Positions 27,335 through 32,921 of a stretch of 32,921 bases of DNA are shown in pieces (positions within the stretch are counted from its first letter, which is position 1; every line of letters starts with the position of its first letter). The translations under genes and the position numbers were made by a program. The notes under the pieces were generated by a model that ran no database searches, had not been told where the DNA came from, and was given only the letters and a program-made list of their open reading frames with translations. Source of the DNA: a virus (Duplodnaviria; Caudoviricetes); IMG/VR virus record IMGVR_UViG_3300040735_000077, positions 1 to 32,921 of that record; one strand, 5' to 3'.

Positions 27335-30313
27335 ATGCCTGACCTAACCTTTAAACTCGTCCTCGTCACCAATGATGCCAGTATCAAACTTGCCGAAGTC
27401 AAGCAGGAGGCGGAGTCCGCCCAGTCTGTGGTAGAGAAACCTGCTCAGGTTAAGATCACCGCAGAACAGGCTCTGGCTACCATTCGTGATGTGAAGATCG
27501 CAGTCGATGGAGTTCTGCAAGTGGTAGGTGGTTTGGTTAGATCTATGAACGGGCTACTCGATGCTTCACTAGGTCAGAGACAGGCCATGACCCTGGCTTC
27601 TGTAGCCTTCGGCGAGGCTGCGGGTGAGATGGGTAACTTCGCATCCTCGATGCAGCAGGTTACTAACTTTGAAGATGACAAGATGCTGTCACTCATGGCT
27701 AAGCTGTCTCAGACTTTCAAACTCAACAAGGATGAGATTCAACAGCTCGTGCCGGTACTGCTGGACTTCACTGAAGCCAATAAGGCCACCGGGATGAGCG
27801 TGGAGTCTGCCTTTGATCTCATGGGTCGAGCCCTGAATGGACATACCGAGATGTTGGGCAGATACGGCATTGAACTGGATGATACCCGTCTCAAGACTGA
27901 AGGGGTATCCTATCTGGTCGAGAAGTTAGGCGAGGACTATGGTGGTACTGCCACTGCTCTGGCTGATCTGCGACTGCAGAATGCCAATGCCTGGGGAGAC
28001 ATCCAGGAGACGGTGGGTGACATGCTGACTACTATGATCAATCCTCTCCTCAAGGGCTTGAAGCTGCTCATGGATGCATATAACAGCCTATCTCCAGTTA
28101 TGAAGGGCTTCGTAGCAGGGATAGTAATAGCCATCCCCATCATCGGAACCGTTACTACTGCAGTCATCACTCTCACTGCCGCCTATCATGCCCTGCAGGT
28201 AGCCATGAACCCGGTTGCGGGGATCATCGGTATAGCCGTAGGAGTCTTGTCCGCTCTGGGCTTTGGACTGGCTGCGGCATCAACTAAGACCGATGCTGTA
28301 ACCACAGCTCAGAGGAGCATGAAAGACGAGATCAAGGATGCGGAACGGCAGGTCTCGGTGGAAGCTGAGAAGTTCAGTCTGCTGGCCTCACGCTTACTGG
28401 AACTGCGCTCCGCTTCCTCGCTTACCGCCGCAGACAAGCGGGAGATGAAGAACGTCATCAAGTCCTTAAATGACAACTACTCTGAGTATCTCGGCAATAT
28501 CAATCTGGAGACAGCCGCCTACAATAACCTGGCTACCGCACTGCGAGCCGCTTCAGAAGCTCTGGTGCAGAAGAAGATCTCCGAGATCTATGGAGAGAGA
28601 TACAATGCTCAGGTCCAGAGGGTAGCGGAACTGCAGATTGAACTGGATGAGAAGCGAGCCGAATACACTGCTGCCAATAATCGGATCAACCAGTTGAAAG
28701 CATCGGTGGACTGGGAGTTTCTTACCAGTGACCGCAACGCTATGGGCTTTAATCCTGCCTCTTACTTTGGTAATGACGGAGAGTGGCTCAAGTTAGAGAG
28801 GACTATCAATGCGTTTGGGGCCTTAGGTGGTAGACTGCAGGCCGCCAAATACGATCTCCAAGCTCTGGGTGACGCTTACCGCAAGGCTATGTTGGAAGTG
28901 CCTGATCTCACCTTCGATCAGGGTAGTGGCGGTGGTGGCAGTGCTCCTGCTCCGGCACCCAGTCCTGCGGCCTCTGAAGCTGAAAGCAGACGTAGGGAAG
29001 CGTTACGCTTGATGGAAGAGCTTGCCCGATTAAGGCAAACAGAGACAGATCGAATAGCAGTTGAATACCAGAGAAGACTAACTCTAATTAGGGAGTTCAC
29101 TCAAGATGGCAGTGAAGCCGAACGACAGGCCATTGAGAACCTGGATAGCTGGAAAACCGAGCAGGATCAGCAGATAACCGATAAAGAGAAAGAAGCTGTC
29201 CAAGCCAGATACAAGGCTGAGATCGACTACTTCTCCAATCTGGAAAACCTGGGAGTCGATTCCTATGCTGCTCTCAAAGCCAGCATGGAAGAATATTATG
29301 CCTGGGCTTTGCAGAACCTGCCCCAACAAGAGCAGCAGCTTATCCAAGCCCAGATAGTCGAGATAGATGCCAGACACTTCAAACTGCTTCAGGAACGTCA
29401 GGATGAGGAGCGAGCCAAGCTGCAGGAACTGCAGGATATCCGGGACGAGTTCTACTCTCGTGATCTGGATAACATCGGTGACAGCTACAGCAAGCAGCTT
29501 CTGGAAGTCGATAAGTACTATGAGAAGATGAAAGCCAAGCTCCTGGAAGCGGGCTATACTGAAGTGGAGATCGAACGGCAGAAGCAGGAGACCCTGAACA
29601 CACTCAGAACGAACCACCAGCTTCAGGTAGCCAGTGGTATCTCCAAGATCTTCGGTGACCTTGCTTCGGCTCAAGATAAAGATACAGAGCGTGGCTTCAA
29701 GCTCTGGAAAGCCTCGGCTATGGCTCAGGGCTATGTGGATACCTTCTCAGCCGCTATTGGAGCCTATAAGTCAATGGTGGGCATACCCGTAGTTGGACCC
29801 GGACTGGCAGTGGCGGCTGCAGCGGCTGCGATGGCTGCCGGTATCGCCAACATCGCCAGGATCAGTGCCACCAAGTTCGAGAAGAAAGCCGCCGGAGGTC
29901 TCCTGACAGGACCTTCCCATGGTCAAGGTGGCATCCTGATCGAAGCTGAAGGTGATGAGTACGTTACCGCCAAGGATCGAGTCAAGGCCCTGGGCAGGAA
30001 CCTGTTTGACTTCCTCAACTTCGCACCTCTGGAGCAGGTAAAGCTGGCTTTTGCCGGCATGCCAGTTCCCTCAGTGCCTATTCCCAGTAACGTGGGCTCA
30101 TATTATGCCGCTGGTGGCACTATCTCCTCCGGAGGCGGTATGAATACCCTGATCGATCTGATTGGCGCTCTGAAAGACGAGATCGTCTCACTCAAGCAAA
30201 CGGTAATGGACTCCAAGCCCATCATAGAGGTTAATGTAGATCCCCTTTCTAATGATCCGGTTAAGGTCTCTGAGATTGCTGATACCGGCAAGATGATAAG
30301 GAGCGAGATCTGA
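27335..30313 (+). CDS. Tail tape measure protein
   Basis: 992 aa, Ala/Leu/Gln-rich helical; MLGRYGIEL core, hydrophobic stretches, Gly/Pro linker and C-terminal GGLLTGPSH..IEAEGDEYV. Confidence 0.92.
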   Translation: MPDLTFKLVLVTNDASIKLAEVKQEAESAQSVVEKPAQVKITAEQALATIRDVKIAVDGVLQVVGGLVRSMNGLLDASLGQRQAMTLASVAFGEAAGEMGNFASSMQQVTNFEDDKMLSLMAKLSQTFKLNKDEIQQLVPVLLDFTEANKATGMSVESAFDLMGRALNGHTEMLGRYGIELDDTRLKTEGVSYLVEKLGEDYGGTATALADLRLQNANAWGDIQETVGDMLTTMINPLLKGLKLLMDAYNSLSPVMKGFVAGIVIAIPIIGTVTTAVITLTAAYHALQVAMNPVAGIIGIAVGVLSALGFGLAAASTKTDAVTTAQRSMKDEIKDAERQVSVEAEKFSLLASRLLELRSASSLTAADKREMKNVIKSLNDNYSEYLGNINLETAAYNNLATALRAASEALVQKKISEIYGERYNAQVQRVAELQIELDEKRAEYTAANNRINQLKASVDWEFLTSDRNAMGFNPASYFGNDGEWLKLERTINAFGALGGRLQAAKYDLQALGDAYRKAMLEVPDLTFDQGSGGGGSAPAPAPSPAASEAESRRREALRLMEELARLRQTETDRIAVEYQRRLTLIREFTQDGSEAERQAIENLDSWKTEQDQQITDKEKEAVQARYKAEIDYFSNLENLGVDSYAALKASMEEYYAWALQNLPQQEQQLIQAQIVEIDARHFKLLQERQDEERAKLQELQDIRDEFYSRDLDNIGDSYSKQLLEVDKYYEKMKAKLLEAGYTEVEIERQKQETLNTLRTNHQLQVASGISKIFGDLASAQDKDTERGFKLWKASAMAQGYVDTFSAAIGAYKSMVGIPVVGPGLAVAAAAAAMAAGIANIARISATKFEKKAAGGLLTGPSHGQGGILIEAEGDEYVTAKDRVKALGRNLFDFLNFAPLEQVKLAFAGMPVPSVPIPSNVGSYYAAGGTISSGGGMNTLIDLIGALKDEIVSLKQTVMDSKPIIEVNVDPLSNDPVKVSEIADTGKMIRSEI

Positions 30314-31800
30314 TGCCTAACCTGTTCAAGATCGAATTCATTCAAGGCAAGACCGATGCCACAGACTATAACCAGGTCAAGCACAGCCTGACTGATACCG
30401 CTACCAATAGAGCTATCATCAGTCTGAGCACATCAGCCGATAAGCTGCAGTCAGTCTCAAATTACAGCCGGGAACCTAAGCGGCTCGTTTTCGAGTGCTT
30501 TCCCACTACCTGGATAAATGATAACATCCTGAGCGGGAGCAACGAGCATGAGCGCTATGTATCTCACTTCGAGGTTAAGGTCTATCGGGATAACTCCTTG
30601 TTCTTTACGGGCATCATAGACACCTCTCAGCTATCCTATGATGTCTCCTCCGGCGTGCTCAAGATCACCTGCTACGATAAGATTAAACTGCTTTCCTTGT
30701 TCTCAGATCTTACTCACTACTATTCGCTTACTTCCGGTTACCTGCCGATCTGGATATTGGGCTATTTCATCCAAGACATTGAGCAGAAGATACCCATCAG
30801 CATCCCATACAGCAACCAGTTCACCATACCGACCATGAACATCAGCTACAGCACTGCCCTGACCATTGCCCATATCGACTTCGATGATCTGATTCAGTTT
30901 CCCAACCCTACCGGAGGTTGGACATACAGCTATGATAACTCCGGCTGGCCGGGTCCGCAGTGGGGATATCTGATCGATACCATCGCCAATCGCATGAGCT
31001 TCGTTTTTGCCTATAAGAAGGTGATCAAGGCCACCTATCCCAGTCCTGCCACTACAAGGTATCAAGGCCGTTATCGGGGACGCATCTATAAGTTCTTCAA
31101 CAATATCTGCCCGGTTATTATCGAGTATGAAGCGAAGACCGATTGGGTGGAAGACCTGGCTTCTTTGGCTAATGCTCATAACGAGTTCATTGGCTTCTAC
31201 CTGGAGAACGGCATCTCCGAGACCAATCTATACAATGGCCTGGTATCAGTTGGGTCTATCGATGGTCGCAGCTATGGCAGCAGCCAGTACGTTAACCACT
31301 GGATTGAAGCCCACTTTCATGGAAATCTCTTCCCGGCCAAGCTGTTCCCGGGCAAGGCTTACGTCAACTACACTGATGAGGAGACAGATAACATCAAAGC
31401 TCTGCAAGCGATGTTGATGCTTTACAATGCCACCATATATTCCAATCCAGCAGGACAGATCATCCTCAAGAACAAGGATGCCTATGCCAGTGCCATAATA
31501 GACATCGATGCTGACGATGTGGTGGACTTCGTTACCAAGCGGGGCAACCCAGAGAAACCACAGATCTCCTCCCTAGATATCCTGGCAGGGGATACAACTC
31601 AATTGCAGAGCTTGATCAAAGACTATCTGATCGACTTCCATGACTCCAAGTGGAGTTGTGATACTACCATTGATAGTCTCTCTACATACAACCTCTCTCT
31701 CCAGTCCAAGGTACGCATCCAGAATAAGATCTATGCGATTATCGAACTGGAGCGGAACTACTTAGAAGATGAATACAAGGTGAAGGCATGGCTAATATAA
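30313..31800 (+). CDS. Putative tail tip hub (Tal/gp27-like) protein
   Basis: VKVYRDNSLFFTGII..LKITCYD and MLYNATIYSNPAGQIILK resemble hub-domain segments; follows the tape measure gene. Confidence 0.6.
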   Translation: MPNLFKIEFIQGKTDATDYNQVKHSLTDTATNRAIISLSTSADKLQSVSNYSREPKRLVFECFPTTWINDNILSGSNEHERYVSHFEVKVYRDNSLFFTGIIDTSQLSYDVSSGVLKITCYDKIKLLSLFSDLTHYYSLTSGYLPIWILGYFIQDIEQKIPISIPYSNQFTIPTMNISYSTALTIAHIDFDDLIQFPNPTGGWTYSYDNSGWPGPQWGYLIDTIANRMSFVFAYKKVIKATYPSPATTRYQGRYRGRIYKFFNNICPVIIEYEAKTDWVEDLASLANAHNEFIGFYLENGISETNLYNGLVSVGSIDGRSYGSSQYVNHWIEAHFHGNLFPAKLFPGKAYVNYTDEETDNIKALQAMLMLYNATIYSNPAGQIILKNKDAYASAIIDIDADDVVDFVTKRGNPEKPQISSLDILAGDTTQLQSLIKDYLIDFHDSKWSCDTTIDSLSTYNLSLQSKVRIQNKIYAIIELERNYLEDEYKVKAWLI

Positions 31801-32243
31801 AGGGCTTCAAACTCATCCGATGGGCTGATGATGGCATCTATTTCTTCCTCTGTCCTAATGGGCAGGTTGAGTATGATCCCTCTCAGAAGTATCGCATCGA
31901 GAAGAAGAACGCTTACGATCCCACTATCATCCACCGCAGAGAAGCTTATCGGGAAGACTCCTTCGATCTGGAAGCAGTACTCGAACCTTCAGAATACTAT
32001 AGCCTAATGAGCTTCCTCTTGAGCTCTGGACGGCTTTATCTCGAATACACTGCCTATAACAGCATCAGCAGTCAGTTCCCGGTCACCATCTCCCAACTGC
32101 CTAAGTGTCCGGATGATCTGCACGAGTATCCCACCAAGGTCAAGTTCAGCTTGGAATCGAGATACATCGGTTCACCCGGTTACATCGACTTCGGCATCAT
32201 CATTATCACCGACTTTGACGAAACCGTGATCGGTCAAATCTAA
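31788..32243 (+). CDS. Putative distal tail (Dit-like) protein
   Basis: 151 aa with tube-fold-like pattern (FDLEAVL..YYSLMSFL..LYLEY..VKFSLES); size and position. Confidence 0.45.
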   Translation: MANIKGFKLIRWADDGIYFFLCPNGQVEYDPSQKYRIEKKNAYDPTIIHRREAYREDSFDLEAVLEPSEYYSLMSFLLSSGRLYLEYTAYNSISSQFPVTISQLPKCPDDLHEYPTKVKFSLESRYIGSPGYIDFGIIIITDFDETVIGQI

Positions 32244-32264
32244 GAAACCACTACAGGAGAATAC

Positions 32265-32921
32265 ATGTACAAGTTCGCCATCGGCTACTATACTATGGAA
32301 GGCACAGCCAGAAAGCCTCAATCGGGAGTCGATATCCGACTTCTCAGGCCCGGTCAATCTTGGGCAGAAGGCAAGAAGCTCATCGAAACCACCCCCAACT
32401 CAGGATACTATGAGATCGGCATCGAAGATGAATCCGACTGTGGTTTCTATGAGATATGGGACAACGTAGGCAATACTCAAGGTCAGTTCAGTGGTAAGAC
32501 CTGTACGATCGGGAAGCTCGATGCCAGAGGACTGCAAAACAACTGTATCTATGGCAATCACATCTTGGATGGAGTGGTAACCGGAAGCAAGATAGCCAAT
32601 GAAGCTATTGGCACAGAACACCTGCAAAATGGACTTTTTTCCTTATCAAAGCTACAATACGAGATTCAGGATCAGGATAAGGGAGTGGGAGATAACAGTC
32701 AAGCAAGCCCAGCAAAGCTGAGTGACGATAAGGTGATAACCCATGTGCTGGATAAAGAGTATCAGGAGCTTCCGCATATCATCCTAACCAACCAATGCGA
32801 TGCCTTCCTCTACATAGCCGATGCCAAGATTGAAGGGAACCTGGTGACAATCATGATCGGGATCAGCCAGGTATATACTGCCACTGATCCTTTCTACAAG
32901 CTCCTTGCCCTCGCTAAATGA
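32265..32921 (+). CDS. Putative tail fibre/tip-associated protein
   Basis: Repeating ILDGVVTGSKIANEAIGTEHL pattern typical of fibre shafts; AGGAG RBS. Confidence 0.55.
   Translation: MYKFAIGYYTMEGTARKPQSGVDIRLLRPGQSWAEGKKLIETTPNSGYYEIGIEDESDCGFYEIWDNVGNTQGQFSGKTCTIGKLDARGLQNNCIYGNHILDGVVTGSKIANEAIGTEHLQNGLFSLSKLQYEIQDQDKGVGDNSQASPAKLSDDKVITHVLDKEYQELPHIILTNQCDAFLYIADAKIEGNLVTIMIGISQVYTATDPFYKLLALAK

Larger units (their letters stand above)
1..32921 (+). mobile_element. Mu-like transposable prophage, internal segment (termini outside the window)
   Basis: Repressor, DDE transposase, MuB-like ATPase, GemA-like and DUF3164-like genes, terminase and Mu gpF-like gene occur in Mu-like order, followed by head and tail genes. 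No integrase. The window starts and ends on stop codons, so TG...CA ends are not visible. Confidence 0.95.

Noticed and set aside
28921-28975. Gly/Ala/Pro low-complexity stretch in the tape measure gene
   Set aside because: An ordinary flexible linker, common in tape measure proteins.
30313-32921. Gin-type invertible tail segment or diversity-generating retroelement
   Set aside because: No invertase, reverse transcriptase or repeated template is visible in the window. These could lie beyond the right edge.

Overview
The whole window is the internal part of a Mu-like (transposable) prophage with a non-contractile, siphovirus-type tail. Both genome ends lie outside the window. Left to right: a CI/LexA-type repressor (- strand); a control region with face-to-face promoters, inverted repeats and a TGTGACA repeat cluster; an HTH gene, MuA-like DDE transposase and MuB-like ATPase; middle genes (tandem wHTH, GemA-like, DUF3164-like, HTH); putative small terminase, large terminase and gpF. 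A ~9.7 kb AT-richer cassette on the opposite strand follows (hsdM-hsdS-hsdR, a YgjP/M48-like protein and a nuclease/P-loop NTPase/wHTH fusion). The phage then resumes with lysozyme, neck genes, a PBSX-type portal, a fused XkdF-protease/capsid gene, holin-like genes, major tail protein and a tail chaperone with a -1 frameshift site. After these come two tandem Dam-like methyltransferases, a promoter-bearing 18-Cys moron, tape measure and tail-tip genes. The most notable points are the phage-borne type I R-M operon extended by an uncharacterised nuclease-NTPase, a non-canonical NPHF catalytic motif in HsdM, the Cys-rich moron, and predicted RBS-occluding hairpins before three genes, including an unlisted 52-codon ORF coupled to terL. 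All family assignments come from recognising motifs by eye; no searches were run.
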